A stretch of 64,000 nucleotides of DNA from Rebecca billardiae RCC1528. Taxonomy: Eukaryota > Protista > Haptophyta. Below are positions 34,600 through 46,481 of the stretch, in pieces; the first letter of the stretch is position 1; every line of letters starts with the position of its first letter. The translations under genes were made by a program, and so were the position numbers. The stretch covers positions 1,302,001-1,366,000 of the forward strand of contig OZ251225.1 in assembly GCA_965240325.2 (NCBI GenBank), written 5' to 3'. Under the pieces are notes generated by a model that ran no database searches, was not told the origin of the DNA, and worked only from the letters and a program-made list of their open reading frames with translations.

Positions 34600-36253
34600 T
34601 CATTCATCCCGACTCGCAGATTCCCTGATGCGCTTCTCTCCGAGCCCGAGGCCTGCGGGCAGCACCCACGCGAGTGCGTACGTGAGCAGAGCCGCACCGC
34701 CGCCTACCACAAAATAAAGCCGACCCTTCGCGAGGCAATCAGGAAGCACCAAGGTCAACACGCGCGTGTAGAACCAGCCCGAGACGACCGGTCCTAGCGC
34801 GTTGCCCAGGCTCGAGGCTGCCTGGTTCACACCGAGGCTGAACCCAGTGCGATCGGCTGGGAGGCACGCCTTTGAAAGGAGTGCCGTCGCAGGGTTGGCC
34901 TGCGCGAATGACGAGGGGTTCGGGCGCGAACAGGGGTGAAGTGGTGTGAGGAGCTGATCAGACACCGCTCACCGCGCCCTCGGCCACCACCGGGCGCTGC
35001 GGCCGCCCCAGGCCACGCACCACGTTGAGAGCGAATGCGCGCACGGCCCAAGCAGCAGCGTAGGCCCCCACTGCAAGCGAGCCGCCTCCCGGGGCCAGCA
35101 CGCCCCCAAGCCTGCTGATAGCCGCGCGCGCCGCGTCGAGCGCCAGGGGGATGGCGAAGAGGCAGACCTGAGCAGCGAGCCCCGCGCGAAGCGTGCCGGC
35201 CAGCCCCGCAGCGCGCACGCAGCGCGGGAAGGCCACGAGCACAACGCCCACGAGCACGATCCCACCAAACGCCTGCGAGAGACCGATGGTCCGTGCGCCG
35301 AGTGCACTGCCACCCTGCTCGGGCGCCGCTGCCATGCGCACGGGGAGCACCTCGGCGAATCCGTTGATCTTGAGTTTGAAGCTCACCTGCGTCGCCTGCA
35401 CCACCGCAAACGCGCGCCAGAGCTCGGGCGCAGGAGCAGCAGCCGCGCCCTTGCTCGCTGCCCCGTCGATCGCGGCGGGAGCGCTGGCGAGCAGAGGCGA
35501 CGCATTGCTGTCCCCGCCGGCGGCGGCTCCTCGCCCAGCAGCCCCCCCAGGCCGGGCCTGCACGGTGGGACGAGTCTCGGGGAGGAGCACGCACGCTGCA
35601 ATCAGGGTACACAACGTCAGCGCGGCCGCGACCGCGCAGGGAGCCAAGTAAGCGTATCGCCGGAGGAGGCCAGGCTGGGGCTCCAACGCACAGAGGCCCG
35701 TGCCCGAAGCATCCCCGGCGAGCGGCGAATGGCACGGCCGCGCAAGCACGCCCCCCAGAACAGGGCCGACGATGACGCCAAGGGCCATGGAAAGACCCGT
35801 GTAGGAGAAGACGCGCGCCTCGTTGGTCGAGTCTGTCAGGTCGGCGAGGCTGGCCTTCCCGACAGTGCCAGCGGCGGAAGCGAGGCCTTGCGCCAGACGC
35901 CAGGCAAGGGCGGCACGGAGGGACTGCGCGGTGCCGAAGAGCACGAGGGCGACTGGACCAGCGGCGAGAGACACGAGGATGGTGGGCCGGCGCCCTAGCG
36001 CGTCCGCGGCGTAACCATACGCTGGTGCGCACACAAACTGGCCAAGCTTGTACGCCCCGGCGAGAAGGCCGGCGTGTGCGGCCACGTCAGCCGAGCGGCC
36101 AGGCCCAAGCAGATCCGCGACGAGGAACGGGAGGAAGGGGTAGACGAGCATCATCTGCAGGGCGTCGACAAAGATGCACGCGAGCACGACGAGCACGGGA
36201 CCCCACGGCACCGGCGACTCCTCATCATCTGCGCGGGACGGCGTGGCCGCCAT
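34600..36253 (-). CDS. MFS transporter (DHA1/TetA/ZIFL-like); complement(join(34600..34899,35021..36253))
   Basis: Motif A GYAADALGRRP, multiple hydrophobic helices, GVIVGPVLGGVL. Splicing supplies the last TMs (SLGNALGPVVSG). Confidence 0.88.
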
Positions 36254-36948
36254 GCTGACAATGCCAGTACATAGTCAATCCGATTCGTCATCGGCATCAA
36301 CGAACGAATGAGCAACCGACGAATGTCGACACTACTTATTCAGAGTTTCAGACACTCCTGTCTGAGGACTCCTGAACTTATTGTTTGTGTCTTGTCAGTC
36401 GCGTGATCACTCGCGAGCGTCACAGCTGTGCCCGGAGGCAAGGCAGAGATAGGTTGGACTACCGATCATCACAGATGCATGCATCAGCATCGATCGGTCC
36501 CGCGGGCCGGCCACCAGTCCACCACGGGACGATCTGCGGCGCCACCGCGCACATTACTGCCAATACTGCTGGCATACACGACATGCATGCTGTCACATCC
36601 GATTCGGCCTTCGGGCGGTCATCCGTCCGAACAGTGCGCGCCGAGCTGAGCGGTGCCCCTGGCGCACCTCGACCTCCACCGGCAGTACGGGCGCGGCAGG
36701 GTCCTGCGATCTTGACATCAGAGTACGAGCTCTCGAGCAGCCGGACCACATGCGCATGAAAACTTAGAAAGAAACGACAAGCAGCCGCGCACCGTACGTA
36801 ATGTCGAATTGTCGATGCACTGCCGTCCGCCTACAGTACCGCAGGCTGCCGCCTTCAGCCGATGCCAGCCAGGCCAGCTCGGACAGCAGCTCGCCAGAAC
36901 CCTCAGCCTCGAACAAGCTGCTCGGCCTGGGCACGCCGCGGCGCGGCC

Positions 36949-38373
36949 TCAGGCGGGCCCCTTCTTCTGCGCCCGTGCCCGTGCGCGCAGGCACTCTTCA
37001 CGTGCGCGCAGCGCGCGTGGGACGTGCGCGGCGAGCTCGGCGCCCGTGGGCGCCACGCCGCCAAACGGCGGCGTATCCGCACCCTCCTCGCCGATGCCGC
37101 GCACGCGCTGCCATGCGCGCTCCTCGGGCTCCGCGCCGGCATACGCCACGTACGGCAGCGCCCCCGCCGCTTGCACGAGCGGCAGGTGCAGCCCTGGGCG
37201 ATAGCCAAAGTAGCGGAACACCTCGACCACGGGCGTGCACGGGGCGGCAAACAGGAGGGCCTCGGGCGACGCGCCGTGCACGGCGAAGAGCATCGTCTGG
37301 TTGCGCACCCAGCGCGCCTGCCAGGCGGCGGAGAGCGTGCTCAGGTCTGGCGAGCTCGTCACCACTTGGGGCAGCGCCACATCCGACGCGATCCCGCCGC
37401 CCGCCGCCGCCTCGGAGAGCGAGCCGCGCCGCGCGCTGCGCAGCGAGTGCCGGACGAGAGCCCCGAGAGCGCCCGGGCGCGCGCCGATCTGGGGCAGCTC
37501 GGCGTAGTCGATGAGGCCGATGTTGATGATCTCGGCGGCACCCTTGGCGCCTGGCGGGCTCGGGCCGACCGCGTCGGCGCCCTCCGGCCCGACGAGCTTG
37601 CGCACCAGAGCGTCCACGTCGGCCGTGCCGCGCGCGTACCGCACAGGGCCGGGCTTCACCCTTGGTGGTGGCGCCTCGCCAGCGCTCGCGCCGCGCACCG
37701 GCCAGCCGGAGGTGGCCTCCGCCGTGTACTCCGCGCGTAGGGCGCAGGACTCAGAGCGCGACGCGCCCCCGTCCGCCGAGCCGAGCGTGAGCACGTCGGC
37801 ATGCGCCGCGCTCAGCAGCTCGCGCGCCCAACCGTCGACTTCGATCGATGTGCTGCCACGCAGCTCGATGGTGGCACGCTTCTCCGGGTGGCGCGCGAAG
37901 AAGGCCCAGCATGGCATCAGCGCCTGGAGGACGCGCGCACGCGACGACGACCCCGTGCCCACCGACGAAAGCGCCCTCGGTGCGCACCGCACCTCGCCCG
38001 TGGGCGGCGCGCCGGAGCACGTGGGTGAGCGCGGCAGTTCCTTAATGTCGTCGTTGCTCACGAGCGTAGGCCCGTCGGGCTCCCACGGCACGATGAAGGC
38101 GCGCGGCCGATCGTTCGCCTCTTGGCGTCCGTGCGCGATCAGGAGCACCACGGTCACCGCGAACGCGCAGCCGATGGACAGCTTGCAGCGGAGCGAGGGC
38201 GGGTCTTTGGCGAGCAGAGCCCCGCGCTCTGGGGCGCGCGCCGCGGCGTGGCGTGCATTGTACGATGCACGCGGCGACGTCGCGCCGTGGCGATGGCTGA
38301 CGCTAGCGAGGCCACTCTCCAAGAGCAAGGGCGCCTCGTCCTCGTCGGAGGGGCACGAGGCCACGAGTGTCAT
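36949..38373 (-). CDS. Type II membrane glycosyltransferase family 61-like protein; probable in-frame intron 37924-37992
   Basis: ATG at 38373, TM LSIGCAFAVTVVLLIA, GT61-like motif QARWVRNQTMLFAVHGASPEALLFAAPCTPVVEVF. Confidence 0.7.
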   Translation of the reverse strand: MTLVASCPSDEDEAPLLLESGLASVSHRHGATSPRASYNARHAAARAPERGALLAKDPPSLRCKLSIGCAFAVTVVLLIAHGRQEANDRPRAFIVPWEPDGPTLVSNDDIKELPRSPTCSGAPPTGEVRCAPRALSSVGTGSSSRARVLQALMPCWAFFARHPEKRATIELRGSTSIEVDGWARELLSAAHADVLTLGSADGGASRSESCALRAEYTAEATSGWPVRGASAGEAPPPRVKPGPVRYARGTADVDALVRKLVGPEGADAVGPSPPGAKGAAEIINIGLIDYAELPQIGARPGALGALVRHSLRSARRGSLSEAAAGGGIASDVALPQVVTSSPDLSTLSAAWQARWVRNQTMLFAVHGASPEALLFAAPCTPVVEVFRYFGYRPGLHLPLVQAAGALPYVAYAGAEPEERAWQRVRGIGEEGADTPPFGGVAPTGAELAAHVPRALRAREECLRARARAQKKGPA

Positions 38374-38722
38374 CGCGAACGGGACGTGACCGTCGGGAGT
38401 GTGTGTGAAGGGCGGCGCGGTGCCGCGGTTGGGCCGTACGGCTCTTGGCCCAAGCGCGCTGGTTTCGTCAGCCGACGACACGAGCAAGCACTGTCCTTCC
38501 ATAAGGACCATCAAGCCTTCAAGGTATTTGATGGTCCTTTGGTCCTTCACCTTGTTGCCAGTACAGTAGCTCAGTAGGGCGGTCTTTGCCAGGTCGTGCC
38601 GTCCACCGCGCGACCGCTGCGACACTCTAGGGCGTCGTTGGACGGATGCCCGGACTCGCGGGCCAGTTTCCACCGGAGAGTGGGGGATGAGCGCTACAGT
38701 GACGAGGCGGCTGCGCGCGGAA

Positions 38723-40324
38723 TCATCCGAGCACGCCGGCCTCGCGCGCCGTACGCGCAGCCGCGCGAACCAGCGCGACGTGAGGCTCATCAGCAGGCAG
38801 CGGGATGGGCGTGGCGATCTGCGCGCCCGCCGCGGCGTTCGCCGCGTCCACGCCACTCACGAACGCGCGCTCCTGCGACCAGCTGCCATGCTCGGCCACT
38901 CCCTCGCCTCGCCGCACGTAGTCGCCCGCAAAGCACACGTTCCGAAGCGCGCGGCACACGGTCTGCGGCGCGTGCGCGCCCGAGCCCGGGTAGAACCACG
39001 TGGCGCCGCTGGGCAGGCGGACGACGGCCGAGTCGATCACGCGCGCGCTTGCGAAGCGCGCGTCCGTGCGCTCGAGCACGCGCCGCGACGCCTCGACCAG
39101 CTCGGCGTCGGTGCGGCCGAGCATGGCGCCGCACGCGTACCAGTCGACCTCGATCACCTGCCCGGCCTCGAGCGCGTGCGCGGGCGCGTGCAGCGCGCTC
39201 AGGTCGAAGAAGGTGGTGCCGACGCCGTCCTCGAAGCCCCACGCCGGGTTCGCCGAGTACTGCAGCGGCACGCGCCGGTCGAACCACAGCCGCGTCGCGA
39301 GGCACGCCGTGCCTCGCAGCTGCGCCAGGCCGCGCCACTCGGCAGTGCCACGCAGCGCGTCGGGGGCGGCCTGCGCGAGCTTGGCGAGCGCGCCGGCGCC
39401 GAGGGCGAAGACGAAGGCGTCCGCGGCGAGCTCGGAGCCGTCGTCCAGGCCGATCGCGCGGAGCGTGCCCACTGGCCCCGTGGCCCCGCCCCCGCCGCGC
39501 GCGCCGCCGTCGCCCTCGACGTGCAGCTGCGACACGCGCGCGCCCGTGCGCACGCGCACGCCCTCCTCCTGCAGCCTCGCGACCCACGGCGCAAAGATGC
39601 GCGCGCCCACGTTGCCGCGGCACCAGCGCACGTCGAAGGATGTCTGCGAGCGCAGCACGAAGAAGTCCGCCATCCCGAGCGCCGCCGCCGCCGACACCTC
39701 GTGTCCGGGCGCGAAGAGTCCGGTGAGCACCATCGGCTCCGCCACCTCCGTGTACGCGCGCTCGGAGACGCCGAGCTGCATGCACAGCTCGCGGAAGGAG
39801 ATGGCGTCGAGCGCGTCGTAACCGGCGGGCGTGCCGTCGAGCCGAGCGAGCGCCGTGCCGAGAGGCACGAGCGACGCGAGGTCCGCCGGCGGCAGCCGCA
39901 GGAAGCGCGTGTACACTGCTTGTGCGAGCCAGGTCGGCAGCTGCGGCGCGCGCGCGTACACGGGCCACACGGCCTCGAGGCCCGCCGGTGACCACTGCCC
40001 CTGCTCGGCGTAGCGCGTGAAGACATCGTCCATGTCGAGACCCAGCTCGTCGACGAGCCCAAAGATGTTCCGGTACTCCGCCCAGAACCCGTGCTGCCCC
40101 GCCTCCGCCTCGCGGCCGCCCGGCGTGCGAAAGCCGTCGCGCACGAGGCCGCCCACCTTGGGCGCGGCGTCGACGAGGGTGACCTCCACGCCCGGCGCCT
40201 TGGCGAGGTGGTGCGCCGCGCTCAGCCCGCCCCAGCCGGCGCCGATCACCACGACACGCTTCGCGCGCGCGCACGCGCTCAGCGCGAGGAGAAGGACGAC
40301 GGCCGTCGCAGATGCTCGCATCAT
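38723..40324 (-). CDS. FAD-dependent amine-oxidase / carotenoid-desaturase (PDS/ZDS superfamily)-like oxidoreductase
   Basis: Signal peptide then VVVIGAGWGGLSAA, VGGLV, EAGQHGFW...Y.NIF, and C-terminal NVCFAGDYV...WSQERAFVSG. Confidence 0.88.
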   Translation of the reverse strand: MMRASATAVVLLLALSACARAKRVVVIGAGWGGLSAAHHLAKAPGVEVTLVDAAPKVGGLVRDGFRTPGGREAEAGQHGFWAEYRNIFGLVDELGLDMDDVFTRYAEQGQWSPAGLEAVWPVYARAPQLPTWLAQAVYTRFLRLPPADLASLVPLGTALARLDGTPAGYDALDAISFRELCMQLGVSERAYTEVAEPMVLTGLFAPGHEVSAAAALGMADFFVLRSQTSFDVRWCRGNVGARIFAPWVARLQEEGVRVRTGARVSQLHVEGDGGARGGGGATGPVGTLRAIGLDDGSELAADAFVFALGAGALAKLAQAAPDALRGTAEWRGLAQLRGTACLATRLWFDRRVPLQYSANPAWGFEDGVGTTFFDLSALHAPAHALEAGQVIEVDWYACGAMLGRTDAELVEASRRVLERTDARFASARVIDSAVVRLPSGATWFYPGSGAHAPQTVCRALRNVCFAGDYVRRGEGVAEHGSWSQERAFVSGVDAANAAAGAQIATPIPLPADEPHVALVRAAARTAREAGVLG

Positions 40325-40667
40325 CGCGTTGCCCTCTGCGGCTGCGCGATCTCGAGCAAGATCATCGTCAGCCGATGAAGCATGGGCCACAGTGCTGACC
40401 AGCGGCCCAGCTGCAGGCAGACGCACGCAAAGGCACGCACTTGTTCAGCAGCTTGCTACGGTACAGTTTATTTGTTTATTTAACGTGCGTAAGGCTCACG
40501 GTGGCAGGTTGCCGCGCACAGTACCATTGACGGTCGGCCACGGAACGTCGTATGTCGCTCTGAGTCTGACGTTCAGGCGCCGCCGTCCCCGGGAGTGCCT
40601 CGTGGATGATGACGACAACGACGAGCTGGGCATCCGCCTGATCAGTGATGGCCGACGGCGGTCCCGG

Positions 40668-41864
40668 CTACCACATCTGCGCGGCCAGCCAATGGTACAC
40701 GTGCCGAGATTGCAGCCCGAGCAGGAGCGTCGTGCACAGGAGCGCCACCCACCACGTGCGCGGGTCGCGCTCGGTCGCCATCTCACCGGCGCCGGCGCGC
40801 GTCTCGGGCCCCGGCCGGCCCCGTGGCGAGACCGGCTCAGCCCTCAGCGAGGCGCGCGCCAGGCCGAAGAGCTCCTCCACGTGCGCGCGCGGCCCATCGT
40901 GCGGGTGTACGCGGCCAAGCACCTGCACCGTGCGCACGTGCACGCACGACTTGCGCTCGGCGGGCGCGAGCAGCGCGACGCGCTGCACCTCGCGCACCGG
41001 CGGGTCGAAGACGAGCACCGAGCGATCGCCCGCGCGCTGCAGCGGCTGCGCGGCGAGCGCGCTCCCGTTCTCAGCCAGCAGCTGCACCTCGACCCCCTGA
41101 AGCCGGAACTGGAACTCGGCGCGGTTGAGCACGACGACCTGGTGCACCTCGGCGGTGTGCACGAGGTCGACGCGCCACCACTCGCCCGCCGCGCACTGCG
41201 TGTGCATCATTGTCTCGTCGTCCGCGTCGATGGCGGCGCGCGCGTCCAGCCACACGGGCGAGCCGTCCGTGTAGACGCTCGACATCGACGCCAGGCCGAC
41301 GCGCGCCAGATCGATCACGCGCGCGCCCGCCGCCGAGCGCGCGGGGCGCGAGGGGGCCGAGGCGCGCGCGAGGGCGTCGGCCGGCGGCCGGCGGGCCAGG
41401 GGTGCGTCGAGACTCGCGCAGAGCGGCAGCACGCCGCGCTCGACGCGCGCGTACAGCTCGCACTCCATCTGCAAACCTTGCTCGTGTGTGCTCGGGCAGT
41501 CGCCCTCGCAGCACAGCAGGCCGGAGCGGTGCGTGCGGACGAATGTGGTGGTGCATGGGGTGAGCTGCTTGACGTTTGACGCCCAGCCCTCGTCCGAGAA
41601 CCACTCGCTCGGGCGCTTGAACCACACGTGCATCACAGAGCCCGGCGGCCTGTTGACGTCGTTGCGCGAGAACGTGAACCCGCCGCACTCAGCACGCTGC
41701 GCACACCACAGGCGCGCCCCGTCGAGGGTGAAATGGCCGTGCTCAAGGTCGCCCATCTCGTCGGGGATGAAACCCGGCACTTGGGTCCACGTCAATCGCC
41801 CGCGCACCGGGACAGAGGCGAGGACCAGGGCCAGGGTCGTCGCCGGTCCGCGAAACGACGCCAT
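40668..41864 (-). CDS. Single-pass surface protein with PAN/apple-like Cys domain and F5/8-type C / F-type lectin domain
   Basis: Signal peptide; WCAQRAECGGFTF...WFK; ASMSSVY...AID...HT...WWRVDL...VVVLNRAEFQFRL; C-terminal TM WWVALLCTTLLLGL. Confidence 0.72.
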   Translation of the reverse strand: MASFRGPATTLALVLASVPVRGRLTWTQVPGFIPDEMGDLEHGHFTLDGARLWCAQRAECGGFTFSRNDVNRPPGSVMHVWFKRPSEWFSDEGWASNVKQLTPCTTTFVRTHRSGLLCCEGDCPSTHEQGLQMECELYARVERGVLPLCASLDAPLARRPPADALARASAPSRPARSAAGARVIDLARVGLASMSSVYTDGSPVWLDARAAIDADDETMMHTQCAAGEWWRVDLVHTAEVHQVVVLNRAEFQFRLQGVEVQLLAENGSALAAQPLQRAGDRSVLVFDPPVREVQRVALLAPAERKSCVHVRTVQVLGRVHPHDGPRAHVEELFGLARASLRAEPVSPRGRPGPETRAGAGEMATERDPRTWWVALLCTTLLLGLQSRHVYHWLAAQMW

Positions 41865-42337
41865 CGTTTTGCCAAGGTCTCCACGAGTGTCGTCGTCGGC
41901 CACTGGTCGGAGTGGAAGACGATTCTGCTGAGTACTGACAATGATGCTGATCATGCTGATTCGTTCATCCGATCGGCTGCATGGAGTCTTGGCTGTACAG
42001 TAAGTTGGGCCGCGCTGAACTCTCACCGTCTCACGACTCACTCAAGCCTGCTTCGACTGCCAGTCTGCAGTCTGAGCGCATATATCGCGGCCGGTGACGG
42101 CTGATCGCGCGATGCCAGTTGGCCGAGGACGAAGACTGAGCGGGTGCCAACGCCAACGCTGAACTGAAAGTGAACGCCGGCCACCGTGCAGTCCCGAGAC
42201 TATAAGACCGGCGTCTAACACCGCGTCGGTCCTGGCGCGTCACAGCGCAGATCATGCGGCGGGCAGTGCGGTTCGGTCGCGTGCGCGGGCGATACGACGC
42301 GACGCCAAGCGCGTCGGGGCTCGGGCTCCTCGCCGCC

Positions 42338-44802
42338 TCAGAACGGCGACTCGCAGCTCCCGCCGGCCGAGAGCACCTTCCCGCCGCCGCCGTCCGCTGC
42401 GCCGCCGTCGGCGCCGTCGACCAGGCCGACGCCCCAATCCACGTCGGACTCGTCCGGCGCGTCGTCCTCGAGCGCGAGCCGGACGTACTCGCGCTTGCAG
42501 AAGCGGTCCCACTCGCTCATGTGGTGCAGCGCGCGCTCCTCGCGGATCGTGTGCGGGTCCTTCGCCTCCCAGCTCACGAACTTGTTCAGGTTGAAGAGCA
42601 CGTCAAAGAGGCGGCCGGCGAGCTTGCACTTGCGCAGGTCGCGCAGGGAGAAGCCGCACCCGGCCGAGGGGGGCTGCACGAGGTCGAACATCTGGCAGAC
42701 GATGTCGGCGAGCTCGACGGGCTCCTGCCCCATGCAGCGCATCCGGTGCAGCTGCTCCGAGTAGAAGTGCTCCACCTGCGCGCGCCGGGCAGGCGGGGCG
42801 GGGCGGGCACGGCCGCGCGGTGAGGCGCGCGCGCGCGCACGGGGCGGCGGCGCGCCCGCTGCGGTGCACCGGCCTGGCGGGGGGCGCACGGCCGGCCGCG
42901 CTGCTCGAGCCGCGCGCGCACCTCGAAGCCGCTGATGAACCCGTCCCCGTCGAGGTCGACGCGGCGGAACCAGTACTCGAGCGCGGTGGGCGAGTTCTTG
43001 TCCTCCTCAGACAGTACAAACCCTGGGGATGAGGCGGGGCGGCGGGCGGCGCGCGTCAGCAGCGCGCGTCAGCAGCGGGCGCGCGCAGCCAGGCGCGGCG
43101 GAGGGCGGCGCGCGCGCGCGCGCGGGCCCGCGCCGCGCGTGCGCGCACAGACGAACTGCGGGTACGTCATCTTGGGCTCGCCGCCGCCCGCGGGCTCCAG
43201 AGAGCCGCCCGCCCGCAGCGTCGGGTGCGTGCCCTGCCCCTCGGAGCGGCGCGTGCCCACAGCGAACTCGTACACGCGCTCGATGATGCGCGAGGACAGC
43301 GAGTAGTTGTCGTACCGCGCCAGGTCCTCCTGCGACAGCTGCATGTCGTGGTCGTCGTCCAGCTCCCAGAAGCGGCAGTAGATCACGTAAAAGTGCTCGT
43401 ACGAGAAGAAGGACGTGGAGCGGTTGATGTCGTCGTCCGCGTCGAGCGCGCGCAGCGCCGAGGGTAGCGCCGAGCGCTCGAGCGCGCCGCGCGTGATCTC
43501 GGGCGGGCCGCAGCGCGCGATGGTGTACAGGATGCGCAGCACCACCGTCTCCACGTACCGCTCCTGGAACTCGGGCGCCGTCTCGAGGAACGCGAGGCCG
43601 GGGTGGAAGTCGACGACGGCGCGCACGAGCGGACGCAGCGCCGGCGCGTCGAGCGCGCGCGCGCCCGGCGCGCGCAGCGCGTGGAAGAGCCGCGCGCCGG
43701 GCGGGAAGCCGCAGAGCCACTCCGCGTGGAACGACTCGAGCGCGCTCACGGGCACCGTGCGCGTCTCGGCGGCCGGCGCGCCCGCCGGCGCGGGTGACTT
43801 GGGGGCGGGCGACGCGGCGGCGCCGCCGCCCGCCTCAGCGCTGAGTCGGCCGGCCAGCACGCGCGCGGCGGCGGAGGGCAGCTCGAACGAGCGCTTCATG
43901 AGCTCGACGGCCTTGGGCAGCGGCACGCGGTCCGCGCCGTCCGCCGCGCGCTGGATCTCGCCGCGCACCAGCCACGCCTCGCGCTCGCGCTCCTCCGCCG
44001 GCTGCCGGCCGAGCGGTGCGTAGAAGGGCGGAGCGACGGCGCGCGCGCTCGTGCGCGCCTCCTTCACCGCGGTGGGCGTGCACTCGTCGGCGTCGGGGTC
44101 GCTGCTCGCCGAGGTGAGCGGGCGCTTCTGCGGCGAGAGCGCGCCCGGCTCGTGTCGCCGGCGCGGCGCGGCCGCCCGGCCCGGCGACGGCGTCGGCGAG
44201 ACACCCGCCTGGCCACTGCCCGCACTGCCGCTGCTGCTCCCCCCGCCCGTCCGCCCGCTGTCCGAGTCCGCGCCGGTGTCCATATGACTCGGCGGCTCGA
44301 GCGAGATGGGCGGTGGGAGCAGCTCGACGGGGACGGCTGGCTCTACCTCGGCCATCGCCGCCGCCGTCCTCGCCGCCCCCTCCTCAGCCGCAGGCGATGC
44401 GTACGCTGACCCGAGCGACGCAGCCGTCACAGCCTTGACGGTCGCGGCGAGAGCGTCGGGATCGTAAGTGCCGGCGGGCTTGGACGCCGCGGCGATGGCG
44501 CGCGCGGTACCGCGGCCGAGGAGCTCCGGCGAGCGCGGCGGCGTGCTCGGCGACGAGCCCAGGCTGAGCGAGCTGAGCCCGTTCGCCGTCGGCGAGCCAG
44601 GCGGTGATCGCAGCTCAGAGGGCGGGTGCAAGAGCATGCTCGAGCCGGCCGCGGCGGCCGGCCGCGACGCCTCCTCGAGCACGAGGTGTAGCATGTGCTG
44701 CGTCTCGGGCAGGTTGAACCATTGCACGAACAGCTCGTTCAGCTTGAGCTTGGCGCACGGCTTGGCGCCATCCGCCGGCGGCGGGTCGGCCAGAGTGCCC
44801 AT
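42338..44802 (-). CDS. PPP2R3: Protein phosphatase 2A regulatory subunit B'' (PR72/PPP2R3 family); complement(join(42338..42775,42922..43022,43149..44802))
   Basis: KLKLNELFVQW; HPGLAFLETAPEFQERY; FFSYEHFYVIYCRFWELDDDHD; after splicing FVWFVLSEEDK...EYWFRRVDLDGDG; SEWDRFCKREYVRL. Confidence 0.93.
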
Positions 44803-46386
44803 CGAGTCGGCGCGCGCGGCACAAGTGCTGGCGCTGCGAGTCGGGCAGGCGTTAGGCCCGATACGGAGCGCGTGGCCGCTGACAGGCCGCTTCGCCCCCG
44901 CGTGCGCGTCCACACCCTGTGCGAGCAGAGCCGATGCGCGCTCGCCGCCGTCTCCAACGCTCCTACGGCTCGCGCTGCCTGCCGTCTTTGGCGAAAGGCT
45001 GCCTGCTGCAGGTGAGGCGTCAGGCGTTGGCCTCGGCCCGGTCGCTCGGGGATTCCGGTCGGCAAGAGCTGGATCCGGCCGGGGCGGCGTCCTCCGAGAT
45101 TCTTGCTCACCGCTCGCCACTGTGAACTGCCGCCGCCACTGTGCATGCGGACCCCTACAGTGATTGCCCTTGCCTCACGCGGTAGGCACTGTCAGAGGGG
45201 AGGCTGCTAGGCGTGCGTGCACACGACAAGTAGCTCATCTCCGCAGGGCGGCCGGACAGGACATGCACGCATGCGGGGACAAAGGGTGGAGGCGCTAGCA
45301 TCTCTCTCGCACACGCCCAGAGTCGGGCGCGTGCCCTGTCACTACAGCGCGTGACCAGGCTCCTGTCTCGGCCACCAGCCTCAAGGCCAGCACAGGTTGT
45401 GCGCCATGGCAGGGAACCTCTCTGCGCCCAATTGCGGCGCGGCGCACGCGCCGGCAACCGAGATGGGCAGCGTTGGAGGTCTCTGTGTGCTCTCTCGTAG
45501 CTGAGCGGCTACGCTCAATGGCTCCGCAGGCGCGCCCGCGGCCGCAGGAGCACGCGCCATCCCCGCCCCACGGCCACGCGCCCTCGAGGGTGGCCGCCGA
45601 GGAGTATTCGCCGCTGCCAGCTCTCAACGTGAAAGCTCCACCGGGGGAAGGCGTAGGCCGCTGCGCTGTCGTGCGATCGTGCGACCATGAGTGACTGCTT
45701 CTCTTCCGAGTTTTCGACAAGTCTCACGACCACGTCCACGTCCTCGTGTGACCGGCGCGCGTGAGGCCACGCATCATGGGAAGGATGGGCGAGTATTGTA
45801 GGGGCCAGGATCACCTTTCTGACGGTCATACTGCCCTCTGGGGCATGCCGCGTGACGGTGCCGACCTGTTGATGTTCCGCCTGACCTCACGCGCCGTGAG
45901 TGTCATGATAATGTTGGCTGCGCGGTTGTCTTGCGAGCGCCATCTGACGACATGGCCGCTGTGCGAATGACGTGTGGCGTGTGCGCGCCTGTCAACGGCG
46001 GGGCGATCATCGGCCGACGACATGTCTAGCGAGCTGTTCAGGGCTCGCTAACCACCTTCCCTGGGACCACGCCGCGCGATTTGGCGACCTCGCCACCGCT
46101 TTATGCCCGTCCAGAGGCACAGGTGCCGCACTGCCTGGCCAGCCACCATCGTGGTACCCCCATACTGCACCGTGTACCATAAAGTACATACACATGGAAA
46201 CCGTACTTGTTCCATACTTGTACCCGAAAGCACTATTCTGGTGAACACAGCTTTAAACAATTTTAATTCGTGACAAAGCCCTGGGAGACCCAGCTCCGAC
46301 CCCCTTTAATTGGGTGTGACGTACTGCTGTCCCAAGTAATACCGGAGTAGGAATACGAAGAATGGGGCCTCAAACGTTTTTTGATT

Positions 46387-46481
46387 AGGCACGCCTCGGG
46401 AATCGAGAACGCACTTGGTTAATTTTTGCGCCAATTAAGGCACGCCTCGGGAATCGAAGCGCATGTGGTTAATTTTTGCGC
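46387..46481. repeat. Imperfect 2-copy tandem repeat (~51-bp period)
   Basis: aggcacgcctcgggaatcga...tggttaatttttgcgc at 46387-46431 and 46438-46481. Confidence 0.92.

Noticed and set aside
44803-45120. N-terminal extensions of PP2A B'' (and likewise of the GT61, desaturase, Ku70 and SLC35A ORFs) shown in the ORF track
   Set aside because: They mostly begin at GTG/TTG codons and lack family similarity, so downstream ATGs were used.
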